DNA from: a virus
Lineage: Duplodnaviria > Caudoviricetes
Length of the DNA stretch: 58,334 nt
IMG/VR virus record: IMGVR_UViG_3300048848_000261
Span: 1 to 58,334 of that record
Reading direction: 5' to 3' (one strand)
Position 1 is the first letter of the stretch; every line of letters starts with the position of its first letter. A program made the position numbers and the translations under genes. Below, piece after piece: positions 10,517-20,013 of this stretch. Under the pieces are notes generated by a model. It worked only from the letters and a program-made list of their open reading frames with translations, did no database searches and had not been told where the DNA came from.

Positions 10517-11146
10517 CTAAGGCTGGCTGATCCGCTCCCGCTCGACGCGATCGAGCCGCTGCCTCAAATCCATGATGACATCCCTTGCGCCATAGACACT
10601 GCCCTGCGCCTGCTTCAATTCATCAACCTGGCGCTGTTGATCTTGAAAGCGTTGGTCATAGTTCGCCCATACGCGAGCGTGCTCGTCTCGCGGCACCAAC
10701 CCCTCCCGAAGCTCCTTGATCGCGGCTTCGGTTCGCTGGCGATCCTCTTGGCCACGAGCTGTCCGCCACTCCATCTCTTTCTGCGTGACCATGCTGCCGA
10801 CGATCGTTGATAGGCTATCCTTCGTCTCAAGCGATCGCATGCGCATATCCTCACGCATTGTCGTGATATTGTCCTTGATCGGCTGCAGCGCCATGAAGCC
10901 CAGTCCGCCCAATACAGTGATCGTCACGGAACAGAACCCGATGATGATCGGCCACTGCGTCTTCGAGCCACCGCGGATGTCGTCGACCAGCGATCGGATC
11001 TGCGAGGCGATCTCGGAGAAGCCCTTCCCCATCCGGTTGTCGAGGTCGCCGATCTGGCGCGACTGGTTCTCGACGCGTTCACCGAGCTGTGCGTATTTCG
11101 CTTCTGGATCAAAGCCGCCGTTTGGCATGTCGTTTCTCCCAGTCAT
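10517..11146 (-). CDS. Phage membrane/coiled-coil protein, lysis-cassette associated
   Basis: Coiled coil, one TM, coiled coil; co-oriented and downstream of endolysin and holin. Confidence 0.75.
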   Translation of the reverse strand: MTGRNDMPNGGFDPEAKYAQLGERVENQSRQIGDLDNRMGKGFSEIASQIRSLVDDIRGGSKTQWPIIIGFCSVTITVLGGLGFMALQPIKDNITTMREDMRMRSLETKDSLSTIVGSMVTQKEMEWRTARGQEDRQRTEAAIKELREGLVPRDEHARVWANYDQRFQDQQRQVDELKQAQGSVYGARDVIMDLRQRLDRVERERISQP

Positions 11147-11184
11147 TCGTTTCTGGCCCTTGGCAATTTCGCGCGGTGGCGGTG

Positions 11185-11220
11185 TTGACTCATGTCAAAG
11201 ATTGAGAACATAGTAAGAAC
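11185..11220 (+). promoter_or_regulatory. SOS promoter: TTGACT -35 and alphaproteobacterial LexA box GAAC-N7-GAAC (11206-11220)
   Basis: GAACATAGTAAGAAC fits the established alpha LexA consensus and overlaps the -10 region. Confidence 0.8.
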
Positions 11221-11231
11221 GAAAACGCCGC

Positions 11232-11561
11232 ATGACGTCGGCATCACCATCCTTTTTGAAGGCGAACACGTGCACCGTGCGCGAGCGAGAACCCGTGTCC
11301 GAACAACAGAAGAAACCTGCTATGCCGCTTCCAACGCTCCGAGATTATCGCGCCGAGACGATCGAGATGGTGTGCAGCCCGTGCGCCCGTCAGGGCAATT
11401 TTAGCCACAAGAGCCTCGTCAAAAAGTTCGGAGCGGACGCCGAGTTTGTCCAGATCCGTCGTGTCCCGGCGATGGGATGCGAGCATGCTGGGACAGAGAA
11501 GTGTCGGGCGAGGTTTCCCTGCCTTCTGCAGGCGCACATCCTATGGGAGCCACGCCAATGA
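11232..11561 (+). CDS. Small Cys-rich (CxxC) protein, first gene of the SOS operon
   Basis: CSPC.R.G....L..KFGAD...C...C pattern. The start may be 11322. Confidence 0.7.
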   Translation: MTSASPSFLKANTCTVREREPVSEQQKKPAMPLPTLRDYRAETIEMVCSPCARQGNFSHKSLVKKFGADAEFVQIRRVPAMGCEHAGTEKCRARFPCLLQAHILWEPRQ

Positions 11562-11761
11562 GCGACGAGACCAGGACAGCCAGGAGCGGGCCAACAGCAC
11601 TCTATCTCCATTGGTGCTGCATCCCTTCATGCAAACAGTGGGGCGGCTTTGGCTTTTCCAACAATCGAGGTGAGCCGCAATGGTGGTGCTGGGAGCACTA
11701 CCCCCACAAACCGAACCAGGTGCGCAGCGAGGCGGCAGAGATCGCCGACATGTTGCGGTAG
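11558..11761 (+). CDS. Small Cys/His protein (HWC...C.QWGGFGF...WWCWEH)
   Basis: ATGA overlap with the upstream gene; GGAG RBS. Confidence 0.7.
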   Translation: MSDETRTARSGPTALYLHWCCIPSCKQWGGFGFSNNRGEPQWWCWEHYPHKPNQVRSEAAEIADMLR

Positions 11762-11788
11762 AAACCAGACAGAGTACGCGAGAGTATC

Positions 11789-12094
11789 ATGGCGAAATCA
11801 GAGACAAGCGCAGGCTTCAATGCCTGGTGGAACTTGCTTCCAGAAGAAACCAAGAATGGGATTGATCGCCGGGTCGCATGGATGGCCTTTGTGGCGGGCT
11901 GCCGTCATCGGACAAATCCCCCGAGGAACACATATCGATTTCGAGCTGGTCGCTGGATCGTCACGGTGACGGCCGACACTTTCGAAGATGCTCGCGTGAA
12001 GGCTGCCGAGAAGCTGGATCAGCGTGCTGAAAAGCTAGGAGCCACGCCGCCGCCGAGCGGATGGCCCCTCACGAAAATCGCAGGCTCTTCATAG
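11789..12094 (+). CDS. Hypothetical protein, third gene of the SOS operon
   Basis: Co-oriented ORF 27 bp after the previous stop. Confidence 0.65.
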   Translation: MAKSETSAGFNAWWNLLPEETKNGIDRRVAWMAFVAGCRHRTNPPRNTYRFRAGRWIVTVTADTFEDARVKAAEKLDQRAEKLGATPPPSGWPLTKIAGSS

Positions 12095-12116
12095 ACAGTC
12101 GCCGTTATTGCGAAGG

Positions 12117-12629
12117 CTACTTCGGAAGCAGATCCGGAACCTTCGACATGATGATGTCCTGCAGAGCATCGGGCGTTACGCCGAGCTTCTGCAGTGCGTC
12201 GGGGTTCTTTTTCTCGACGTACTTGGTCGCCTCGTGCAGCACGACACTTGTGATAGCCGCAGTCGTCACCTGAGTGATGGCCCCGCCTGCAATACCGGTA
12301 CGCGCCAATGCGAACTTCAGAGCGTTGGTGGCAGAGTCATGTACGGCGTTTCGCAGCTTGGTCTCGATCTCCAGCTTCTGCTTCTCATCTGCCACCTTCA
12401 ATAGTGAGATCAAACGTGCAGAGATCCATGTCACCAGGACAGGCCCGACGATCGAGCACATCAGCACGACAAGCGGCTGGACGATCGACCAGAGGTCAAA
12501 CCAGATCGAGGATGGTGCAATCACAAGTGCCGCGTCCTGCGCATATGCCGGTTGGAACAGGCTTGCGAGCACGACCAGGATGCTAAGAAGCGCGAAGAAG
12601 CGCGCAGCGATGATATCGATGCGGATCAT
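12117..12629 (-). CDS. Putative holin-like membrane protein
   Basis: Two hydrophobic segments then a soluble domain; directly downstream of the endolysin; AAGGA RBS before ATG 12629. Confidence 0.6.
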   Translation of the reverse strand: MIRIDIIAARFFALLSILVVLASLFQPAYAQDAALVIAPSSIWFDLWSIVQPLVVLMCSIVGPVLVTWISARLISLLKVADEKQKLEIETKLRNAVHDSATNALKFALARTGIAGGAITQVTTAAITSVVLHEATKYVEKKNPDALQKLGVTPDALQDIIMSKVPDLLPK

Positions 12630-12661
12630 GAGAGATTTCCTTGTGATGAGATGGGGAGGTT

Positions 12662-13393
12662 TCAGAGTTCGGCTTGCACCATGGCGCGCATCTGATCGCC
12701 GATGGCGGTCGCGCCTTTGATGGAGATATCGAACGGCAGGCGGGCAACGTCCCACTTGCCCTTCTGCTTGATGTCGAGGTTCGTCTGAACTTCAGCATGA
12801 CTGAGGACGGTCTTGCGGCTGACCTTGATGCCGTAGCGCTTGCAGAGCTGCGCCAGCACGTTTGCCAGTTCATTCCACTGGACGCGTGTGATCGGCTGCT
12901 TGCCGGCGCTGAAGGGGTTCTCGATGGCGCCAGCCATGCCGCAGAGTGACACACCGATGAACCCAGTGTTGCAATTCAGCGTGTGAGCTGCATAGCCGGC
13001 CTTTGCCTTCGGCAGGCTATTCAGGTCGATCGACGGGACGCCACGGACGTGCTTACCGTCGCTCTCGATCAGGAGATGATAGTGCGAACGATCGAGGTCG
13101 CTCGCCTTGTTCTGGCCGGCCGTCCAGTGGAACACGATGCCGGAGATCTTGGCATCCGGCATCCAGGCAGCAGGGATGACCCTGTCCTTGACGTCGATCG
13201 ATGTCGTGGGCACCGGAGGCGGCAGCGAGGTTGGCGGCGTAGCAGTCAGGCTGCGCAGCTTTTCCAGCTGGTCGAGCGCCACGTTGAAGGCGTCATCGGC
13301 CTCTTTGCCGTAGTCGCCATCAGCGCCGTATTTGGGAAGCGAGAAGCCAAGCGCAAGCAAGCGCTTCTGCGTTTTTTGCAGAGACGGGTTCAT
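12662..13393 (-). CDS. Endolysin: peptidoglycan-binding domain plus N-acetylmuramoyl-L-alanine amidase
   Basis: Q.RL.ALGF.LPKYGADGDYG (PG-binding); HWTAG, YH.LI, AHT..CNTG.IGV, SHAEV (Amidase_2). Confidence 0.9.
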   Translation of the reverse strand: MNPSLQKTQKRLLALGFSLPKYGADGDYGKEADDAFNVALDQLEKLRSLTATPPTSLPPPVPTTSIDVKDRVIPAAWMPDAKISGIVFHWTAGQNKASDLDRSHYHLLIESDGKHVRGVPSIDLNSLPKAKAGYAAHTLNCNTGFIGVSLCGMAGAIENPFSAGKQPITRVQWNELANVLAQLCKRYGIKVSRKTVLSHAEVQTNLDIKQKGKWDVARLPFDISIKGATAIGDQMRAMVQAEL

Positions 13394-13584
13394 GTCTAAT
13401 TTCCTTCGGTTGGGTAGAAGAGATGGCTCGCAGGTTCGTTGCGCTAGCGTGGTCACGGTATCGACTGGGGGTAGGGATGATCGATCAGCCTATCGCGAGC
13501 CTCGGTATTTTCGTCTAGGTGCAGAAATCCTCACAGCATCTGTTTGCGCTTTTCACCGTGGAGCGATAATCCGGACGCTTCAGT

Positions 13585-15036
13585 ATGTTGAAGGCAATGC
13601 GCATGCTCGGCTTGAAAGAAGTTATTGAACTCGCCGCTAAGCTGGAGTGGCAAGCCGTACTCAATGCGACCCAGGACGATCGAACCCTTGCTCGTCAGCC
13701 TCGCTTGTTTGCTCTGCGGCTTGAGGCAGCTCTCGAACTCAATGAAGAGGAAATTGTAGAATCGACGTGTGCTTCTGCGGCGACATCTCAGATGTCACCG
13801 CCGATCCGATTTGCTACCATCCGTCCTTTGGTGAATGCGCAGAGAGCAAAGGAGGCTTGGGCCGTCTTGACTGGCGACCCAGAGGCGCGGGAGAACCCCA
13901 ATTTCGAAAAGCATGCGCATCGCGTTGCGCGTCTCGCAAGCGCTACCGATCCAGAGACTTTACGGCTGATCAGAGGTACTCTCCGAAAACCTTCTTCTTC
14001 CACAGTTCCGAAACACGAAAGCGATATGGGTTTCCCGCTCAACGAAGCCACATGCCCGCGGGCTTTGGGTAGCGTTAGTATGTACGCTTCAGCCGGCACA
14101 AACCTAAAGCACTTGTTCGGCCTGAGAGCTGAACACGAAGAATTGCTCTCGACCCTTTCCAAGCCGAGGCCGCCTAGCGTCCGAGAGTTCCACAACGTTT
14201 TCGTCGACAGATACGGCCAGACATGGTCGGAAGACGGGACACGTATCAAATCGCACGGGAAGCCCGTGGTCACCGCTAGCAAGGAAGACTGCCAGGTTGT
14301 CGATGTAGCCATTAGCGGACTTCTCGCGACTAAGGGCATATATCATTGGATCGTGGATCGGACGCCGCATTTTGGCTCGAGTGGGAATCACGACCAACCT
14401 ACACCAAAGATCCTTTTGGCGACGAACCGGCCACGATTTGAGCGTGAAAGCATTGAGCTTGCCGGGTTCGCCGATGACGACGTCGTAGAAGTATCCGACG
14501 TTGTCTTTGTTGAACGCTTGATCAGCCCGATTGTTGGCTTCCTCGGTCTCCGTGAATGGCAGAGAACCGGCGCAATATACGAAGAGATCGCCGCCAGCGC
14601 GCTGGCGAAAGCGAAGCTAGAAGGCTTTCGAGGCCCAGACTTCGTTTACATCTCCCGGCGCGACAGCGTCAGACGCCCGCTCGAAAATGAACTCGATGTG
14701 GAGCATATGCTTGCAGCTCAAGGCTTCACCAGTATCCAGTTCGGCGGACTGCCATTGTGGCAGCAGATCGCGATCGCTGCTTCGGCGAAGCGTATTATAG
14801 CGCCGCATGGCGCAGGGCTTGCTCACATTGTATTTGCAAGACCCTCTTTGAAGGTACTGGAGATCTTACCGATAATGGATGGTGCCTATTTGCTCAGGTT
14901 TAATTACGCTCGTCTCTCGACTGTGCTGGGCCTCGACTATACGGCATGGCTAGAACCTCAGCCCCCTCAGACCGACCATTGGCGGGTGGTGCTCTCTCAA
15001 TTCTCGACGATCGTACAAAGATGGTTGGCGCAGTAA
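13585..15036 (+). CDS. Glycosyltransferase family 61 (DUF563) moron
   Basis: YHWIVD, YISRRD...R.LENE, QI...A..IIAPHGAGLAH; opposite strand to the late genes. Confidence 0.85.
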   Translation: MLKAMRMLGLKEVIELAAKLEWQAVLNATQDDRTLARQPRLFALRLEAALELNEEEIVESTCASAATSQMSPPIRFATIRPLVNAQRAKEAWAVLTGDPEARENPNFEKHAHRVARLASATDPETLRLIRGTLRKPSSSTVPKHESDMGFPLNEATCPRALGSVSMYASAGTNLKHLFGLRAEHEELLSTLSKPRPPSVREFHNVFVDRYGQTWSEDGTRIKSHGKPVVTASKEDCQVVDVAISGLLATKGIYHWIVDRTPHFGSSGNHDQPTPKILLATNRPRFERESIELAGFADDDVVEVSDVVFVERLISPIVGFLGLREWQRTGAIYEEIAASALAKAKLEGFRGPDFVYISRRDSVRRPLENELDVEHMLAAQGFTSIQFGGLPLWQQIAIAASAKRIIAPHGAGLAHIVFARPSLKVLEILPIMDGAYLLRFNYARLSTVLGLDYTAWLEPQPPQTDHWRVVLSQFSTIVQRWLAQ

Positions 15037-15149
15037 TTGTACATACATGCCTCTGCACCAATCTCGTCTCCTCAACATTAACCGGTTTTTCACCCTGACG
15101 CAGGAATGTCTGCCGGTCAGTCAAACCATAGCAGTGAGGCGCAATCGGG

Positions 15150-15407
15150 ATGTTCAAGGACGACTTCGAGGATGAGTTGGTTGTATTCTATCGCAGGTTT
15201 GCACCGGCGATTATGATATGTGCCTGCCTCTTCATTGTCGGCATGCCGGCTTGGGTGACGCTTGTCGCCACGCTTGTATTTGCGATTTTAGGATGGCTGC
15301 TTATCGCTATCAAACTTCGAATGTGGGTCGCGTACTTAGTTGTGATCCTTACACTCGCATGGGTGATATTTCCCACAGACCTGAGGCGCCTGGTTGGACT
15401 AGAATAA
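15150..15407 (+). CDS. Small 3-TM membrane protein (DDFEDE...PTDLR family), prophage copy
   Basis: Aligns with 5070 and 3740. Confidence 0.8.
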   Translation: MFKDDFEDELVVFYRRFAPAIMICACLFIVGMPAWVTLVATLVFAILGWLLIAIKLRMWVAYLVVILTLAWVIFPTDLRRLVGLE

Positions 15408-15470
15408 CGCCCTGCCCCCTCTCACAGGCGACTAAATCCGCACTGGCGATGCGCGCAGACGTTCAGCCTG

Positions 15471-15971
15471 TTATCTGCTAGAAACGAGAAGAATCTCGGC
15501 CTCCGTTAGCTTCGATTTCCTGCCTAGTGCGTTCCAGCGAGCGAGCATTCCGCGGTAGAGGCCAAGCGATTGGGGACTGAAGGAGTCGTCGGGGTACTGA
15601 GACAGCTCCTCCCACTTGCCTTGCTGTCGCCGAAGAAACCATGCAAACCCGTAATGACCCTCCTGACAGGTCGACAGAAATCCTTGAAAACCGACGCCTA
15701 GCTCAGATGCAGAAAGGTCCAGTAAGCGACAAGAATGTTCTATGGACCGATGCATGTCGAGGATAGCGACAACTTCGTCCGCAACCTGCTTAGGGAATGG
15801 CTCGAATACAAATGGGTTTATTTCACCGTACAGATGCTCATAACCGCAATTTACGATTTCTTCCGCCTGTTCGTACTGCTCTGCCTCCTTCCGATCAATG
15901 ATTTTCAGAATTGCTAGCTGGTTGGATAAAATTAGTCTTTCACCGAACGTAAGCTTTTTCTCTTCCAACAC
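15471..15971 (-). CDS. YfbU-family protein
   Basis: LT..ERLILSNQ..IL, EI...GY..LY, V..ILDM, F.GF, Y..ML..W signature; GGAG before GTG 15971. Confidence 0.8.
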   Translation of the reverse strand: MLEEKKLTFGERLILSNQLAILKIIDRKEAEQYEQAEEIVNCGYEHLYGEINPFVFEPFPKQVADEVVAILDMHRSIEHSCRLLDLSASELGVGFQGFLSTCQEGHYGFAWFLRRQQGKWEELSQYPDDSFSPQSLGLYRGMLARWNALGRKSKLTEAEILLVSSR

Positions 15972-16112
15972 TAGCTCTCCCAACACCAGCAATGAACGCG
16001 TTCTTGGCAAGTCGCAGGTTACTTGCAACCTTGGCGATCCCTAGCGCGCCTCTATTAAATCGCCAATCAAATTCGAATTCTAGTTCGAATAATCAGCAAG
16101 CGGATAATTGAG

Positions 16113-17294
16113 ATGAAACTTTTATACCCGACTCTGCCAGCCATTCTGTTTGCGTCCGTGGCGTTCGCCCAGCAGCCGAAACCCTCCTCGATCCTTGACT
16201 ATATGGTTATGAACGTCTGTCTTCGATCTGACGGCAGTGTCAGCGAAAAAAATCCGCTTGATTGCTCGATTGGTGACCAGCGCGATGTTCGCCCGAATGA
16301 CCTAGTCCCCTACGTGCACTCCGACTATCCCGAGCGCCAGGCTAGTAAGAACTGCCGATCGTTAGGACCTTCGCAGCGCGCCGCCTTCCCCCTTGATACG
16401 CGCGGGAGCGACGGATCAAGGAACGAATACCCGTTGATAGTTGCGTGGACGGACTATCCGCCTCGTAAGGAGCCATGTGGCTTCGGAACCTTCGACAGCC
16501 GCGATACGGCAACCCTACTTACCGTAGCGGATGATTATGCAAGCCTGATCGGTGCGTTCCACCATAAGCGATGGTTTCTCACTATCGGCGCCGGATACAA
16601 CAGTCCTCTGAAGAAGGGCATTAGTCGGTTCCTTGGGACGTGGTCGTTTCCAGCAGAAGTCCCACCTTACGGCGAGGTCGGCTGGGGAATTTTCGAACGC
16701 AAGACGCTGCCCTTCAAAGACGATGACTTTGACCGGTCGTTCCTTCCCACGGATCCAAGCCTGCGGCTAACCAAGACAATACAATTTTGGAAGCACATTG
16801 AGTACTCTTACGGTACGCCTTCCCAACGCACCAAACCCCTTAGCACTCTCCTTCATATCCCCTTCACACAGATATCTGAGACCGGCGATGCACCTGGCGA
16901 AACGAGAGGGTCCGAGCATTTCTATCTCACCCGCGAACTGGGTTACGTGACCAGGTGGGAAAGCTGGGCAAGAGAGGATGGGAACAAGGATGTCATAGGC
17001 CTGGCTCAGAAAGCTTACGGCAATGCTAACTGTTCGCTCCCGGCCACAATTGAGGGCGATATAACCCCACATCTAAACGTCGGCCCGGTCGAAGAGGACC
17101 TGCAATTGGAGGTCTACAAACAGCTTGTAACCGTTAAAGCAAAAGATGGCTCACGATCAACTCACACTTGGTATATGACCGGCTGCCACGACTTTTCCAT
17201 GGTTGTGCCGGTCAAGCCGTATAATCCGAACGAAAAGGTCAACGAGACCACCTTCGGGAAAAATTTCGTAGACCTGTTCACGTCGAGGCGGTGA
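16113..17294 (+). CDS. Secreted hypothetical protein (moron)
   Basis: Sec signal peptide ending in AFA-Q; several cysteines; no family recognised. Confidence 0.8.
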   Translation: MKLLYPTLPAILFASVAFAQQPKPSSILDYMVMNVCLRSDGSVSEKNPLDCSIGDQRDVRPNDLVPYVHSDYPERQASKNCRSLGPSQRAAFPLDTRGSDGSRNEYPLIVAWTDYPPRKEPCGFGTFDSRDTATLLTVADDYASLIGAFHHKRWFLTIGAGYNSPLKKGISRFLGTWSFPAEVPPYGEVGWGIFERKTLPFKDDDFDRSFLPTDPSLRLTKTIQFWKHIEYSYGTPSQRTKPLSTLLHIPFTQISETGDAPGETRGSEHFYLTRELGYVTRWESWAREDGNKDVIGLAQKAYGNANCSLPATIEGDITPHLNVGPVEEDLQLEVYKQLVTVKAKDGSRSTHTWYMTGCHDFSMVVPVKPYNPNEKVNETTFGKNFVDLFTSRR

Positions 17295-17301
17295 TCGCTT
17301 C

Positions 17302-19248
17302 CTACCGCCGATAGAAGACCCCGAGATCGCCCGGAAGATTTTTCCGGGCGGAATATAGGAAGACACCGTAGGGCATCCCTACGTCCTCGATATTAACGAT
17401 CTGAACCGCGGGGTCTTCGGCTGCAGCAATAAGTGACATCCGCAGGGAATTCTGATCGACCCACCAGGCCGAATCCGCTTCTGTAAGCGCTCTTCCTAGA
17501 TGGCGGTGCATATCGTCAGCGATACGCTCAGCAATTCGGTGCCCCCTTGGCGTGTCGAAGATTGCGAGGAACGCTGCGTTCACTTGCGACCAGGGGAGGA
17601 GACGCGGAAAACGCATAATGGGGTCATTCGGGACCCTGCTCTGACTTAGTACGCGCACACGATCGTAGATACGGAAGCCGACGTCAGCATTTACCCACGA
17701 CTGCGACTTCATTACAGCCGTTGGATCCTCGCGAAAAAGAACGTCGATATCAGTGAGGAACACCCTAGATGCGACATTCCTCAAGAAATTCGGAGCCTGG
17801 AGAAAGCGCATGCTCGCGTAGTAGGTCGGCATCCTCGTGTATGACAGGCTGTTGTCTTCCGACGACATCGAAACGTTCGCGAAGTCCCCAAGGGCGGCTT
17901 TGAAGGCCTGCTCAGCTTCAGCGCGGGAGTTCGCTGAAAGATGGAAATGGACCCTCGCATTACTCCCTAGATCGCGTAGAGATCCACAGTAGACCCGCGC
18001 GTACCGATTGAAGTACTTCACATCTGCACAGACAACGAGCGCGGTATCGGTTTTTTTAACGCCTGAGTAGTCAGCTCGCTTCTCAGTAAAGCGTTTCCGA
18101 TCGGCTTGACTCAGCTGGTGTCGGAAGCTGGTCGCGCCGGTTTTGGCATACAATGTGTCTGCGACAATACTTGCGCGAAAATGATGCTCAGCCTCTTTGT
18201 CGTTTCCTTCCAGAAGGTTGACGATGCCGAGAACCATTCGCGCTTCAGGTGAATCCCGCTCAACCAGACTGGAGACAGCGCGGGTTACCACGAGGTCGCG
18301 ATATGATCTGTCTTGCCAGAAAGCTACCGTTTTAGCTGACTGCTCTAGGTATGCTTTCGCGGACTTTGCTCGCTTGCTTTCCACCTCGGGCTGCACGATC
18401 AGGCTATAATATCTTTCAAGGATACATTGCTTGATTTCTTCACACTGGGGATACTCGTAAAGGAAGAGCGTCTTGTCGCGCGCAAGACTACGAACCTCCT
18501 CAGAGCTAGCGTTCTCTAGATGCTGTTCGATCTCGGTCAATGTAAGAGGTGAAAGCCAGCCATCCTCGACGAGTTTGCCATTGAATTTCAGCCGAACACC
18601 TGCCAAGAACGCGTATTGACCGGCCGCGACAATTTGCTCCGAGAGGTCTTTGATAGCTCTACCTACCACGGGTGCCAGCCGATCAAAGTCAGACCGGGCC
18701 ATCATCTTTCCGATGACAGCAATGAAGTCAGGCAGATATTTCGGATTTGCCGCAGCAGCAGTGTGTCCTTCGTGGATCGCTGCGAGAGCGTCGCGTGTCA
18801 ACAAAGATAGATAAACACGCAGCTGAGTTGCATCGTCACTGTCGCCCTCTGCCGCGATAATCTGGCGAATGATGGAAGTAACCTCCCTATTTGCCGAGCT
18901 GTCCGAAATTTGCCGACTATACTTTTTTGTTAGAAGCTCCTTCGCAGTCGCTGATACAGCTAGCAAGACTTTCGCTTTTAGCTTCCGATTCCGCGTCACT
19001 TCGACAGCATCAAGATAGGTCCTCAAAGCGTCAAGTGGCTTACTCTGAGCTCTGAGGAGGCGCGAAACAATCATCAAGCCCCTGGCGCGGTCATCGCCAG
19101 ATGAGAACTCCAGTCGGCTGACACTTTCGATTGCGTCTTGAACCTCTTTGGTCTGGGGATTACGCGCGCTGTGTTTATTGAACAGCGTCCTAACATCTTC
19201 TTCGAGAGTTTTTATGTCGGGAGTACTGAACATCGAAATGGTCCTCAC
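17302..19248 (-). CDS. TPR-like protein with a C-terminal nucleotide-diphospho-sugar transferase-like domain (moron)
   Basis: Helical N-terminus; C-terminal YYASMRF, TDID (DxD), NAAF and W.VDQN.L. Confidence 0.7.
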   Translation of the reverse strand: MRTISMFSTPDIKTLEEDVRTLFNKHSARNPQTKEVQDAIESVSRLEFSSGDDRARGLMIVSRLLRAQSKPLDALRTYLDAVEVTRNRKLKAKVLLAVSATAKELLTKKYSRQISDSSANREVTSIIRQIIAAEGDSDDATQLRVYLSLLTRDALAAIHEGHTAAAANPKYLPDFIAVIGKMMARSDFDRLAPVVGRAIKDLSEQIVAAGQYAFLAGVRLKFNGKLVEDGWLSPLTLTEIEQHLENASSEEVRSLARDKTLFLYEYPQCEEIKQCILERYYSLIVQPEVESKRAKSAKAYLEQSAKTVAFWQDRSYRDLVVTRAVSSLVERDSPEARMVLGIVNLLEGNDKEAEHHFRASIVADTLYAKTGATSFRHQLSQADRKRFTEKRADYSGVKKTDTALVVCADVKYFNRYARVYCGSLRDLGSNARVHFHLSANSRAEAEQAFKAALGDFANVSMSSEDNSLSYTRMPTYYASMRFLQAPNFLRNVASRVFLTDIDVLFREDPTAVMKSQSWVNADVGFRIYDRVRVLSQSRVPNDPIMRFPRLLPWSQVNAAFLAIFDTPRGHRIAERIADDMHRHLGRALTEADSAWWVDQNSLRMSLIAAAEDPAVQIVNIEDVGMPYGVFLYSARKNLPGDLGVFYRR

Positions 19249-19297
19249 ATGCTTCTGCCGAGCTATCTAGCTAATCCACCGTTGGCGAGTCAAACGC

Positions 19298-19327
19298 TTG
19301 ATCTCTCTTACAACTCTCGACTATTGT
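19298..19327 (+). promoter_or_regulatory. Candidate sigma70 promoter antisense to the late operon
   Basis: TTGATC-N17-CTATTGT, directly upstream of a structured element. Confidence 0.4.
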
Positions 19328-19334
19328 TTATGCT

Positions 19335-19435
19335 CGGGTGCGACTGTCATTGGGATGTGCTGTCGGACAGGTCTGAGTTTCAGACCGAGGGCCTGTCGCT
19401 TGAGGTTGTCGTGGGCCTCAGCCGCCCGGCAGGAT
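19335..19435 (+). ncRNA. Candidate structured small RNA
   Basis: Stems CTGTCGG/CCGGCAG, GGTCTGA/TCAGACC and TGAGGTT/GGCCTCA; G-U pairs favour the + strand; intergenic. Confidence 0.45.
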
Positions 19436-19464
19436 CGAACGCATGTTACAGTCGCAAATACTCC

Positions 19465-19626
19465 TTAGTCGCCGTCGCTCGTAAGCAGCTTCACCAGTCC
19501 GATATTGGCAAGAGTATCCGCCCGCCTGGCGTCGACCGGATAGATGTCTCCAAGCTCCCTGCCTTCATGCTCTTCGAGCACTTCAACCACGACGGTCGCT
19601 GCCTCTGAGTTCCCCCGCCTGTCCAT
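19465..19626 (-). CDS. Small phage protein (53 aa, not in the ORF track)
   Basis: Hand-translated MDRRGNSEAATVVVEVLEEHEGRELGDIYPVDARRADTLANIGLVKLL...; starts 3 bp after the previous stop. Confidence 0.55.
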   Translation of the reverse strand: MDRRGNSEAATVVVEVLEEHEGRELGDIYPVDARRADTLANIGLVKLLTSDGD

Positions 19627-19629
19627 CGC

Positions 19630-19815
19630 TTAGCCCTCTTTCTCGACAACGAGCTCGAAGCGCGTCCAATCGGCTGAGATGGACGCAGTTTCCCAGCGGA
19701 TCCGGTCGGCCGCATGTTCGAGGATGTCGCCTGGTAGCGGTTGCCTAGGGATCCCCAGCTCGTCGGTTCGCATGACGGCATCAGCGGCGTCGTAATAGGT
19801 AATGGTCGCTTTCAT
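19630..19815 (-). CDS. Hypothetical phage protein
   Basis: ATGA-coupled within the late operon. Confidence 0.6.
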   Translation of the reverse strand: MKATITYYDAADAVMRTDELGIPRQPLPGDILEHAADRIRWETASISADWTRFELVVEKEG

Positions 19816-20012
19816 GGCTGCGGTTCCTTCAGGCTCTCACCGTCCCAGATCCAGCCGAGCTGTGCATCGCTGGATAAGATGGAATGATAGGCTTCGGAGA
19901 CGACGAGAGTTTCGTGCTCTTCAGAACCTGGCTCATCGTTGATGGTGACCATATCGACAACGGCCATTGGCTTCGCCTCGATATCGATAATTGCGTAACG
20001 CTTCTCTGACAT
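19812..20012 (-). CDS. Tail-fibre assembly-like small protein
   Basis: RYAII...VV...GWIWDG...P motif typical of small fibre-associated proteins. Confidence 0.55.
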   Translation of the reverse strand: MSEKRYAIIDIEAKPMAVVDMVTINDEPGSEEHETLVVSEAYHSILSSDAQLGWIWDGESLKEPQP

Positions 20013-20013
20013 C

